Shown: one piece after another, positions 13,001 to 24,922 of the stretch | Numbering within the stretch: position 1 is the first letter of the stretch | How the letters are laid out: the number at the start of each line of letters is the position of its first letter | Notes under the pieces: model-generated | Told to the model about the DNA's origin: nothing | Database searches by the model: none | Seen by the model: only the letters and a program-made list of their open reading frames with translations | Assembly (NCBI GenBank): GCA_032718475.1 | Contig: JAUCBJ010002796.1 | Location: 1-46,515 of the forward strand | Origin: Nemertoderma westbladi | Taxonomy: Eukaryota > Animalia > Xenacoelomorpha | DNA: 46,515 nt | Direction: 5' to 3' | Position numbers and translations under genes: made by a program

Positions 13001-16000
13001 TGGCCGCTACTCCTATCTGCTTCCCGAAGGTAGAAGCGGGCGCTACTCCTATCTGCTTCCCGAAGGTAGAAGTGGGCGCTACTCCTATCTGCTACCCGAA
13101 GGTAGGGGTGGCCGCTACTCCTATCTGCTACCCGAAGGTACAGTAGAAGTGGCCGCTACTCCTATCTGCTTCCCGAAGGTAGAAGCGGGCGCTACTCCTA
13201 TCTGCTTCCCGAAGGTAGAAGTGGGCGCTACTCCTATCTGCTACCCGAAGGTAGAAGTGGACGCTACTCCTATCTGCTTCCCGAAGGTAGAAGTGGCCGC
13301 TACTCCTATCTGCTACCCGAAGGTACAGTAGAAGTGGCCGCTACTCCTATCTGCTACCCGAAGGTACAGTAGAAGTGGCCCGCTACTCCTATCTGCTACC
13401 CGAAGGTACAGTAGAAGTGGCCGCTACTCCTATCTGCTACCCGATGGTACAGTAGAAGTGGCCGCTACTCCTATCTGCTACCCGAAGGTACAGTAGAAGT
13501 GGCCGCTACTCCTATCTGCTACCCGATGGTACAGTAGAAGTGGCCGCTACTCCTATCTGCTACCCGAAGGTACAGTAGAAGTGGACGCTACTCCTATCTG
13601 CTACCCGAAGGTACAGTAGAAGTGGCCGCTACTCCTATCTGCTACCCGAAGGTACAGTAGAAGTGGCCGCTACTGCTATCTGCTACCCGAAGGTACAGTA
13701 GAAGTGGCCGCTACTCCTATCTGCTTCCCGAAGGTAGAAGCGGGCGCTACTCCTATCTGCTTCCCGAAGGTAGAAGTGGGCGCTACTCCTATCTGCTACC
13801 CGAAGGTAGAAGTGGACGCTACTCCTATCTGCTACCCGAAGGTAGAAGTGGCCGCTACTCCTATCTGCTACCCGAAGGTACAGTAGAAGTGGCCGCTACT
13901 CCTATCTGCTACCCGAAGGTACAGTAGAAGTGGCCCGCTACTCCTATCTGCTACCCGAAGGTACAGTAGAAGTGGCCGCTACTCCTATCTGCTACCCGAT
14001 GGTACAGTAGAAGTGGCCGCTACTCCTATCTGCTACCCGAACGTACAGTAGAAGTGGCCGCTACTCCTATCTGCTACCCGAAGGTACAGTAGAAGTGGCC
14101 GCTACTCCTATCTGCTTCCCGAAGGTAGAAGCGGGCGCTACTCCTATCTGCTTCCCGAAGGGAGAAGTGGGCGCTACTCCTATCTGCTACCCGAAGGTAG
14201 AAGTGGACGCTACTCCTATCTGCTTCCCGAAGGTAGAAGTGGCCGCTACTCCTATCTGCTTCCCGAAGGTAGAAGCGGGCGCTACTCCTATCTGCTTCCC
14301 GAAGGTAGAAGTGGGCGCTACTCCTATCTGCTACCCGAAGGTAGAAGTGGACGCTACTCCTATCTGCTACCCGAAGGAAGGGGTGGCCGCTACTCCTATC
14401 TGCTACCCGAAGGTACAGTAGAAGTGGCCGCCACTCCTATCTGCTACCCGAAGGTACAGTAGAAGTGGCCGCTACTCCTATCTGCTACCCGAAGGTACAG
14501 TAGAAGTGGCCGCTACTCCTATCTGCTACCCGAAGGTACAGTAGAAGTGGCCGCTACTCCTATCTGCTTCCCGAAGGTAGAAGCGGGCGCTACTCCTATC
14601 TGCTTCCCGAAGGGAGAAGTGGGCGCTACTCCTATTTGCTACCCGAAGGTAGAAGTGGACGCTACTCATATCTGCTTCCCGAAGGTAGAAGTGGCCGCTA
14701 CTCCTATCTGCTTCCCGAAGGTAGAAGCGGGCGCTACTCCTATCTGCTTCCCGAAGGTAGAAGTGGGCGCTACTCCTATCTGCTACCCGAAGGTAGGGGT
14801 GGCCGCTACTCCTATCTGCTACCCGAAGGTACAGTAGAAGTGGCCGCTACTCCTATCTGCTTCCCGAAGGTAGAAGCGGGCGCTACTCCTATCTGCTTCC
14901 CGAAGGGAGAAGTGGGCGCTACTCCTATTTGCTACCCGAAGGTAGAAGTGGACGCTACTCATATCTGCTTCCCGAAGGTAGAAGTGGCCGCTACTCCTAT
15001 CTGCTTCCCGAAGGTAGAAGCGGGCGCTACTCCTATCTGCTTCCCGAAGGTAGAAGTGGGCGCTACTCCTATCTGCTACCCGAAGGTAGGGGTGGCCGCT
15101 ACTCCTATCTGCTACCCGAAGGTACAGTAGAAGTGGCCGCTACTCCTATCTGCTACCCGAAGGTACAGTAGAAGTGGCCGCTACTCCTATCTGCTACCCG
15201 AAGGTACAGTAGAAGTGGCCGCTACTCCTATCTGCTTCCCGAAGGTAGAAGCGGGCGCTACTCCTATCTGCTTCCCGAAGGGAGAAGTGGGCGCTACTCC
15301 TATTTGCTACCCGAAGGTAGAAGTGGACGCTACTCATATCTGCTTCCCGAAGGTAGAAGTGGCCGCTACTCCTATCTGCTTCCCGAAGGTAGAAGCGGGC
15401 GCTACTCCTATCTGCTTCCCGAAGGTAGAAGTGGGCGCTACTCCTATCTGCTACCCGAAGGTAGGGGTGGCCGCTAGTCCTATCTGCTACCCGAAGGTAC
15501 AGTAGAAGTGGCTGCTACTCCTATCTGCTTCCTGAAGGTAGAAGCGGGCGCTACTCCTATCTGCTTCCCGAAGGTAGAAGTGGGCGCTACTCCTATCTGC
15601 TACCCGAAGGTAGAAGTGGACGCTACTCCTATCTGCTTCCCGAAGGTAGAAGTGGCCGCTACTCCTATCTGCTTCCCGAAGGTAGAAGCGGGCGCTACTC
15701 CTATCTGCTTCCCGAAGGTACAAGTGGATGCTACTCCTATCTGCTTCCCGAAGGTAGAAGTGGATGATACTCCTATCTGCTTCCCGAAGGTAGAAGTGGC
15801 CGCTACTCCTATCTGCTTCCCGAAGGTAGAAGTGGATGCTACTCCTATCTGCTTCCCGAAGGTAGAAGTGGCCGCTACTCCTATCTGCTTCCCGAAGGTA
15901 GAAGCGGGCGCTACTCCTATCGGCTACCGGAAGGTAGAAGTGGGCGCTACTCCTATCTGCTTCCCGAAGGTAGAAGTGGCCGCTACTCCTATCTGCTTCC

Positions 16001-17287
16001 CGAAGGTAGAAGTGCCCGCTACTCCTATCTGCTACCCGAAGGTAGGGGTGGACGCTACTCCTATCTGCTACTCGAAGGTAGGGGTGGGCGCTACTCCTAT
16101 CTGCTACCCGAAGGTAGGTGTGGGCGCTACTCTTATCTGCTACCCGACGGTAGAAGTGGGCGCTACTCATATTTGCTACACGAAGGTAGAAGTGCCCTCT
16201 ACTTCTGACAGCTACCCGAAGGTAGAAGTGGGCGCTACTCCTATCGGCTACTCGAAGGTAGAAGTGTCCGCTACTCCTGTCTGCTACCCGAAGGTAGAAG
16301 TGGGCGCTACTCCTATCGGCTACCCGAAGGTAGAAGTGCCCGCTACTCATGTCTGCTACCCGAAGGTAGAAGTGGGCGCTACTCCTATCTGTTTCCGAAG
16401 GTAGAAGCGGGCGCTACTCCTATCTGCTACCCGAAGGTAGGGGTGGCGCTACTCCTATCTGCTACCCGAAGTTAGAAGTGGGCGCCACTCCTATCGGCTA
16501 TCCGAAGGTAGAAGTGGCCGCTACTCCTATCTGCTACCCGAAGGTAGAGTGCCCGCTATTCCTATCTGCTACCCGAAGGTAGACGTGGGCGCTACTCCTA
16601 TCGGCTACCGGAAGGTAAGGGTGATGGGCGCTACTCCTATCTGCTACCCGAAGGTAGTGGTGGGCGCTACTCCTATATGCTACCCGAAGGTAGAAGTGGA
16701 CGCTACTCCTATCTGCTACCCGAAGGTAGAAGTTGGCGCTACTCCTATCTGCTTCCCGAAGGTAGAAGCGGGTGCTACTCCTATCTGCTACCCGAAGGTA
16801 GAAGTGGCCGCTACTCCTATCTGCTACCCGAGGGTAGAAGTGGGCGCTACTCCTATCTGCTACACGAAGGTAGACGTGGGCGCTACTCCTATCTGCTACC
16901 CGAAGGTAGGGGTGGGCGCTACTCTTATCTGCTACCCGAAGTTAGGGGTGGGTGCTACTCCTATCTGCTACCCGAAGGTAGGAATGAGCGCTACTCCTAT
17001 CTGCTACCCGAGGGTAGAAGTGGGCGCTACTCCTATCTGCTACACGAAGGTAGGAATGAGCGCTACTCCTATCTGCTACCCGAGGGTAGAAGTGGGCGCT
17101 ACTCCTATCTGCTACACGAAGGTAGACGTGGGCGCTACTCCAATCTGCTACCGAAGGTAGGGGTGGGTGCTACTCCTATCTGCTACCCGAAGGTAGGGAT
17201 GAGCGCTACTCCTATCTGCTACCGAAGGTAGGGGTGGGCGCTACTCCTATCTGCTACCCGAAGGTAGGGGTGGGCGCTACTCCTATC
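10096..17287 (-). repeat. 36/41-bp satellite, right arm, lying downstream of Piezo exon 3 (intron 3)
   Basis: Reverse complement of 2028-9222, with the same private variants in mirrored order. Confidence 0.98.
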
Positions 17288-17427
17288 CCAAGATTTGCTC
17301 CCAGTGATTCAAACAGTCCTCATTTTATCGACTCCAGTGCGCGAAAGGCTGAGTAAACCCTGGCTGGGTTCGAACCTACAACCAATAGATTATAAGCCAG
17401 GCGCTCAGCCAACTGAGCTACACCGCC
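17288..17427 (-). mobile_element. tRNA-derived SINE 5' part (mirror of 1888-2027)
   Basis: Reverse complement of 1888-2027. Confidence 0.7.
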
Positions 17428-17609
17428 AACGTTTTAACAAAACTAAATGGAAATGTGAAAATGAATAGTGTTTCTGAAAAATTCGGACCAGAAGTATAAA
17501 GTGCAATTTTACACACGAATATGTGAAAAATTATTTAAGAGACAACATTTCCTGAAACTTGGACGATTTTCAAAAATGCAACGAATAAATAACAATTAAA
17601 TATACTAAC

Positions 17610-17772
17610 TTTAATTTCCAGAAGTAAAGTGGAAGCGGTCGGTGCTAGAACGAGATATAGTCCAAACATTATCCAGACGTTGAGTAATTCTGGCCACTCA
17701 CATTCCACGTGACGTTGAATAGCGTAAGGGTCCTTGCAATCACTCCTTATAACTCCACTTAAACCAAATATT
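17610..17772 (-). CDS. PIEZO: Piezo-type mechanosensitive channel, coding exon 3
   Basis: The phase-2 junction AG|A joins it to exon 2. Peptide RIFGLSGVIRSDC...WPELLNVWIMFGLYLVLA resembles the Piezo segment RLFGIKSVIQTDC...WYHHANPILLLVMYYTLA (recall). Canonical AG and GT sites. Confidence 0.8.
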
Positions 17773-19705
17773 CTAGAATGTAAATAATACATGATATGCC
17801 TTAAGGTTAATCCGGCACTGATAATGTGAGATTATTGTATAAAGAGCAAAAACCTGTAAGAACAATATAATCGAAAATGTAAATATTATATCACTCTGCA
17901 GGTAGCACATTGTATATAATGTATAACATTATACGTCGGGTGAGAATCTAGTACCAGTAGCGCCCATAGGACACAGCATAATGAGATAGGAATTAGGCCC
18001 GTAATTAGGCCAAGTAATAGTTTATCTCAAAGTAAGTTTAACTCACTTTTCAAGTAATTTGTGAATTTGAATTTGGGGTCTTTCTACCAGACCTGCTACT
18101 TGTGTACCGGTAGTAGCAGGTCTGGTAGAAAGACCCCAAATTCACAAATTACTTGAAAAGTGAGTTAAACTTACTTTGAGATAAACTATTACTTAACATA
18201 TCGTCGTTTTGATTACCGCATTATTGTAATGATGAAAATTAGTTTGGCTATTCAAATCATACAGTAGCTGCCGCGCTTAGCAATGCACACACATACGATC
18301 CACGCAAACTAAGATTTAACATAAACAAATATTTTTGATGAAAAAATGCCACTTTACAGTCGAGGCTGCAACTGACGCCTGCGGTGGTCCAAACTGTATC
18401 CATCAAAAACTAATCTGACGCACTGTTGACGTTTCTGACACCCTGGGGCGAAATTTAACCCACCAGACATAACCAGCATTAAATACACATTGTTAACTAT
18501 GCAAATTAGTAAGACGTGTTTGAGTTTCCCTTGCTTAGCAATTACTTTTTTAATGCAATGTGATTATTTTCTAATCTTACCATTTCAGCAAGTGATTAAT
18601 GGTCATTAAATCGCGTGTACCGTACAACTAAACCATTCGGAGTTCTTAAGAACAGGATAAAACTAAGCTTTCATAATGTCTTGTATGCAAATAGGGCTAA
18701 CCTGTCATCGATTTATTTTATGAAATTTATTTGCGCATCTTTATCAAACAATAATCTTACCCAAAAAGAACAGTAAACAGTGATTCCGGAGCCAAGCGGA
18801 AGGAAATTAAATTCATACACCTACCACATTATTAAGTAGGCCTAGCATTATATTATCCTCACCATTACGCACTTGTGATTTTATTTCTATATCACGGTTC
18901 TACAGATTTCAGATCCGTTTCAGAAACTCTGATGCGCTAAACTAGCCCCATTTGTTTTCTTTCCTGATGTGTTGCGTTTGTTGTTTTAGTCAAACTAATA
19001 TTACTCTTTACTGAATTACACCATGGTCTCACATTTTTGTATGTTTTGGCAACTTTTCTGTATTTTTTGCTCCCCGGTTAATGTTTGGTGCCCAATTAAG
19101 GATATTTACCTGGCCACCCTCCCTACGACCTACAGTATATAATATAACGGCGTCTATGAGGCAAGTAGAGCCCTGGTTTTTTTGGCGCTAAATATAGAGA
19201 GCCAGTACCACGCACTGGGCCTTGGCGCCATTATTAGCTAGAACCTCGATGACGTCACCATCAGCACCTTCGATATTTTTCCGAGATTCGCCATGCATAT
19301 TCTCTGCTACACAGTAAAACAAGGACTGTCAAAAAAAATTTTGGTCGATAGCGCCGACAGCTCCACAAAAAATTACCAAAATTACCTGGTAGACTCTCGA
19401 GTAAGATTCTAAAGGAAAACTCTAGTCGGTGATCCAGCGTTGCATGAAATTACAGTGCAGTCCAGAAGTTCAGGCACTTCGGCCAGAAAATGCGGCTTTC
19501 GCAGGGGATCAATCAGGAAGATTACAATTATCAAGTGCAAAAAATATACTAAGCGGGAAATGTAACTTACCTAAGGAAGTATTTAATAAAACTAAACAAC
19601 TTAAATACAAGACAAAAACCCGAACAATAGCCATAGCCATCAACAACATTCTTGTGATTAACATTAATGAACGTTGAACGGTATTTTAATCTAATTGACA
19701 CTTAC

Positions 19706-20140
19706 CTCGCCATCACAGAACTGGGTGGCAACACATCCTGAGAAATTTGAAACTGATAACAATACAAAACAACAATATGCAACCCACAATAACCCAGCAA
19801 GTAAAGTTTAATATAACCGGCCTTGCCACCTATTTCGTTGAGGAAAGCCCAGTAGGTGAGAAGGCCCCAAAGTATAGCGAAGTAGACGAAGGTTGTGATT
19901 GATGGAATAGTAATGGCGACGCTGAACAGGAAGAATGCGAAGAGGGCGTTGCGGGTGTATTCCACGACTTTTGGGCTTATTTGGAGGAGGTCGTTTGGGT
20001 TCTTGCGGACTTTGCCTCCGGGCCGCGGCACAAACGGGGCGATTCGTCGTACGAATACGAAGAGCGCCGCGCCGATACCGACTACAGCGAAGTCCGGAAT
20101 GAGCAGTCGTATCGCGTTACCGGCGTTGGTTCGGTGGATT
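19706..20140 (-). CDS. PIEZO: Piezo-type mechanosensitive channel, coding exon 2
   Basis: Acceptor ttttccag, donor gtaagt, 435 nt, phase 2/2. Contains NAIRLLIPDF, PSITTFVYF, GLHIVVLYCYQFQ and LPPSSVMAR, matching Piezo NAIRLVAPDL, PSALSSVYL, HLICLYCYQ and LPPAGIWAR. Confidence 0.9.
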
Positions 20141-21267
20141 CTGGAAAATATATAAAAGAAAACTTACGGAATATAAAAATTTAAATATTTAGAAAATTAA
20201 GTCAGATTGACTGCTGAATTTTATTAACTTGATGGAGACTGGGGTATTCAGACATTAAAGTAATGATGCGATGTATTTCAATATTATGACGTACTCTAGG
20301 AATTGTAATTTTGTCAACACGGGAACACCGTCTCACTGTATCTTGTCAATTACACAAGAATGGACTAATATACATTCCTAATCTCGAAGATATCTTCCCA
20401 GACAACGCTAGAAAAACACAGTAACCCGAAACCTGAACTCAAACACAAGTTACTTTATTTTCAACATAAAAAATTTTGTACATCAAGGTTTAAGTTTAAT
20501 TAGCCGAGGAAACACAGACACAATCACTACTTTAAGAGTTAGACTCATTCAATTCAATTAGGTTCACTGGAGTGAAATTTAGTCAGGTGAACGTAAGGCC
20601 GTGCAACTTATACTGTAGTTTGGGTAACCTCCACGTGGGTGAATTTCACATGTTTAACAGCTACTACAGTATATATTCACGAAAACTTGACTCGACAAAT
20701 AATATGTGGGATAATTTATTTCTGCCGTATTGTGTGCCCAAATAAGGGGACGTGTAGATGGGTTTAGAAACATAATTGAATTTAATTGAAAACATGAAGG
20801 GAAACGAGCACATTACTGTATCGCAATAATTTTTATTGTCCGTTTAAATCCTTTTTTTGTCCTTTTTTTTTATTTTTTATGTCCTCCAAAAGTCTAATGT
20901 TAGGTTCCATGCTACCGGTTTCTCTACTGCTGTTCTCTCAGGCTATCAGTACCGGTATTAGTATATATAGCACTATTTTGCTGTATTGTATGTACAGATG
21001 TAGGTATAAAGCAGGTATTTCTGTATTTTAGTACCGGTACCGGCACCGGTACTGCTATAGGCCTACTGTAGTGTGTAGCCTACCATTTAAATACGGTAAT
21101 GGTAGGCCTACCGGTTGTGCTAATAAAATTTAAATAATTGATAGGCCAAACTGGATTGCAGGATTGTGGAAAATGTGGATATACCTTTCACATAATTTAG
21201 GCCTATTACTGTATTAGTTTTATAATCAATAATGGATCATGACTACTGTCTGAGTAGTGTTACGGAT

Positions 21268-22104
21268 AACCTGCTCCTTTCCCTGATTTGGTAAAGTGAC
21301 TGTTTATTGTTTTGGTTAGAAAATCCGGCCTTAACCTGCTCCTTTCCCTCAATTAGTTAAGTGATCGTTTATTGTTTTGGTTAGAAAATCCCGCCTCTGT
21401 AACCTGCTCCTTTCCCTCAATTGGTAATGTTATCGTTTATTGTTTTGGTTAGAAAATCCCGCCTCTGTAACCTGCTCCTTTCTCTCAATTGGTAATGTTA
21501 TCGTTTATTGTTTTGGTTAGAAAATCCCGTCTCTGTAACCTGCTCCTTTCCCTCAATTAGTTAAATGATCGTTTATTGTTTTGGTTAGAAAATCCCGCCT
21601 CTGTAACCTGCCCCTTTCCCTCAATTAGTTAAATGATCGTTTATTGTTTTGGTTAGAAAATCCCGCCTCTGTAACATGCTCCTTTCCCTGAATTGGTAAA
21701 GTGACCGTTTATTGTTTTGGTTAGAAAGGCCCGCCTCTGTAACCTGCCCCTTTCCCTCAATTAGTTAAATGATCGTTTATTGTTTTGGTTAGAAAATCCC
21801 GCCTCTGTAACCTGCTCCTTTCCCTCAATTAGTTAAGTGATCGTTTATTGTTTTGGTTAGAAAATTCCGCCTCTGTAACCTGTCCCTTTCCCTCAATTAG
21901 TTAAATGATCGTTTATTGTTTTGGTTAGAAAATCCCGCCTATGTAACCTGCTCCTTTCCCTCAATAAGTTAAGTGATCGTTTATTGTTTTGGTTAGAAAA
22001 TCCCGTCTCTGTAACCTGCTCCTTTCCCTGATTTGGTAAAGTGACTGTTTATTGTTTTGGTTAGAAAACTCGGGCTTAACCTGCTCCTTTCCATCAATTG
22101 GTAA
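21268..22104. repeat. 68-bp minisatellite, ~12 copies, in Piezo intron 1
   Basis: Unit aacctgctcctttccctcaattagttaagtgatcgtttattgttttggttagaaaatcccgcctctgt, with unit starts at 21333, 21401 and 21469. Confidence 0.95.
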
Positions 22105-24922
22105 TTGTTTTTGGCTATAAAATGAGTGTTTTGCTACGTCATGTGGTAATCGATTATCGACAACAACCACAAACTATTAAATATAGAATCTTTTTACCAC
22201 AGGCGCATATGGAAATCTATCTCATAGTCTATAAATCATGGAATCATGGAATGTTTTGGCACAGGCATAGTGAAATCAACTGTCTGACAGTCCAGAGATC
22301 AGCATAGTCTGACAGTTTGAAGAAATACATACATAAAAAGTCATTAAAAGGACAATAAAAGTCATTAAAAGGACAACAAAAGTCATTATGCATAATTCGT
22401 AAAAAAAAAAATGACAAAAAAGTCAAATAAAAGGACATAAAAAATCACTGCCTTACTGTATCAGCGTTTTCTAACAAAAAATAAACTAAATAAATTATTT
22501 CACTTGATGTCAATTTGCGCAGGAAATACCTTTTCATTTGTGGTCAATGTGAGCCACTACCTGTTTAAGTGTACATAAGTGTAAGTGAATGCTACACTAA
22601 TGAAATAAGAGTAAATTCATTCACATTAGCTTTTCGGTTTATATATGTGTATAAATTTATTGCTAATTACTTGTGGCAGCAACCTTCGCCCACGACCAAA
22701 TCTTCGCCCAGACCAATCTGTGACTTAGGCCTACTTATATTTTGCTGCATATTAAAAATCACTGAATCAAATCAAATCAAATCACTAGTAACCTAAAATA
22801 CTGTACTGTATGTGAAGCCATGTAGTACTGTACTGTACATGATGTAGTACAACTGGTATATTTCTCATATATATTAAAATTTGAGCTTAAACTCGCGAAA
22901 GAACAGCAAACAAACGTAATTGATGCATAATTTGTCATTTTGTCGGTATAGATTAGCTAAGGATGTAATATTATGCTTTTGCTAATGACTACACCTAGTT
23001 TTAATGCCAGAAACATCTAGTAACACCTAGATTTATAAATATTGAGGCAGAAAACAATAGGTTGTATTTTCGAAAATTCGAAATTAAACATCATAATTAT
23101 TGAAATATATCCGTTGCTATATTAACCCGAGCGCGATTTTTAAATTGCAGAATTGATAATCAGCCAGTAATGTAGTGGATACACTACGTCAGTACGTTGT
23201 ACTGGTACTAGACTAGAATATTAATGATTCCGATGAATACGGTGGTGAGGCATTCAAGGCGATAAAAGCTCCGTTGGATGGAAATTCATGGAGTCTCAAC
23301 GAAGTTTGGACTTTGTCGTCGTCATTCCCAGTTTATTAGACTCGGTCTTCCATTCCGGGTTTATTTGGACTCCCCGACTTTGTTCTCGGGTTTACTTTTA
23401 CTCCATATGTGCCATCACTGCCATGTTTATGTTCAAACGAGCATTTTTCTCCACCACACCGTATTCATCAATTCATCATAGTTTAGATGGAATCCTTCAT
23501 ATGAGTGAGTCGTCTTCTGTAGTACTGTAGTACCGATACAACGGAGTGCATTCTACTGAATTACTGGATGAATTGTTATCAATTCTGTTTTAAAACTCCC
23601 GCTCGGATTTGCTTAGCATAGCATAGCACGGACATATGTAGTTAATTATGACATTTAATTTTGAATTTTCAATGAAAAAATATAGCGAACTATTGTTTTT
23701 TGCGCAATTATTGATAAATCTAAGTGTTTCTCGATGTTTCCGGAGTTTAAAACTGGGTATTTCCAGGTGTTTCCACTCTTTAGTACGTACCGACCGCTGT
23801 AAAAATGCAATATTATGTACCGGTCTTGACATTGTGTCTTTACTGATTGTGAAACCGGTAGCTTATCAACCCAATAATGCGTCTCGGTTCTTAGGGGCTG
23901 TGTGTATGTCAGTGGGTGCGCCGTCCACATCAGATTCCTACTTTCCTCTGTCCACTGTCTCCTTTCTCATCACTTTGTGGATTCTGGTTTTCCGTCTCTG
24001 TAACCAGATGGGCGGTAAGCAGTGGAGGGCAGCCAGCAATAATCGTCGACATGTACGAACATTCGTACCACAGCCTTTGCGACATTGCGAGGGACAATTC
24101 CATAGTCGAATCCGGCGGTTTAACAACTAGACAATCTTGGATTATTTGGGATTACGATACAGTCCGCAGTCTACGTACTCTGAATGTCCGAATGAATGTC
24201 AGTAACAACTACTTGTCTTGCCAGCAAAAACAGCACTATTTTTAATTTAAATTTACCTCCTTTATTTGTTTATTGATTTTTAATTGGTTGCTAAGCCAGC
24301 CACCCATTCCAGTGAAGTCAACCCCCCATTGATTCGCGTATTTTTTTATCTGTTGTGTTTTTCCGTGTCGAATTTTTTGATATAGGGAACTCATTGGATT
24401 ACCTACTTCTACACGTTAAATGATTTTTGTATAAAGTATTCATATTTTTGCGTTGAGTGATATAACTTAAACTGTTCCCAAATATCGCGGTTTTTGTTGC
24501 AAAATGAGAGGCGGAAAAGAGAAATATGATAATCCGTTGTTTGAATTAGTGGTAAATCTCTTGCATTATTGGCAGTTGTAACGAGGCTTGACTCTATTGT
24601 GAAGTGGTGGTTCAAGATCATTCGAAGATCGGAATTTATTTTTAAAAATCTCGATAAATATCCATGCATTAGTTATTGTTTTCTTCGTAATTTGCCCAGG
24701 GGCAGGGATTACACATAAAGTCTCACGATTTATGTCTAGTGCGTTCCCCCCGGCGGAACTTAACTCTGGTACTCATTAAGTATGCAAGGGAGAGAAATGA
24801 ACCCGGGCCCAGCATTACTGGAAATTACAGAACCCCTACAGTATTATAGCCGAAATTAGAAACGTAGGACCCCTGGAGCCAGTGAGTGATGCAATTCATG
24901 CACCACTACACCACGGTGGAAC

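Larger units (their letters stand above)
1..19314. repeat. Giant inverted duplication (palindrome), arms ~9.65 kb, no spacer, axis at 9680/9681
   Basis: Base 1 onward (ctgtgtagcagagaatatgcatggcg) is the reverse complement of the sequence ending at 19314. Mirrored ORF coordinates sum to 19315 (1523/17792, 2084/17231, 2911/16404). The centre reads tcactcataacctcaactac|gttgttgaggttatgagtga. Confidence 0.98.

Noticed and set aside
2084-17231. Dozens of ORFs with ATPICYPKVEV / YSYLLPEGRSGR repeats
   Set aside because: These are translations of the 36-bp satellite, broken by 41-bp units and single-base indels, with no sign of frame conservation.
2028-17287. CRISPR array (36-bp unit with hairpin)
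   Set aside because: Units are head-to-tail with no unique spacers, there are no cas genes, and the context is eukaryotic. The same applies to the 42-bp array.
22337-22440. Short 21-bp degenerate tandem (aaaagtcattaaaaggacaat)
   Set aside because: Only 2-4 decayed low-complexity copies; nothing further can be supported.
23230-24250. Coding-like stretch with several short overlapping ORFs (one minus frame has FVHVDD)
   Set aside because: Frequent stops, no recognisable domain and no phase-compatible place in Piezo (exon 1 joins exon 2 cleanly). It may be a decayed TE; blastx would be needed.
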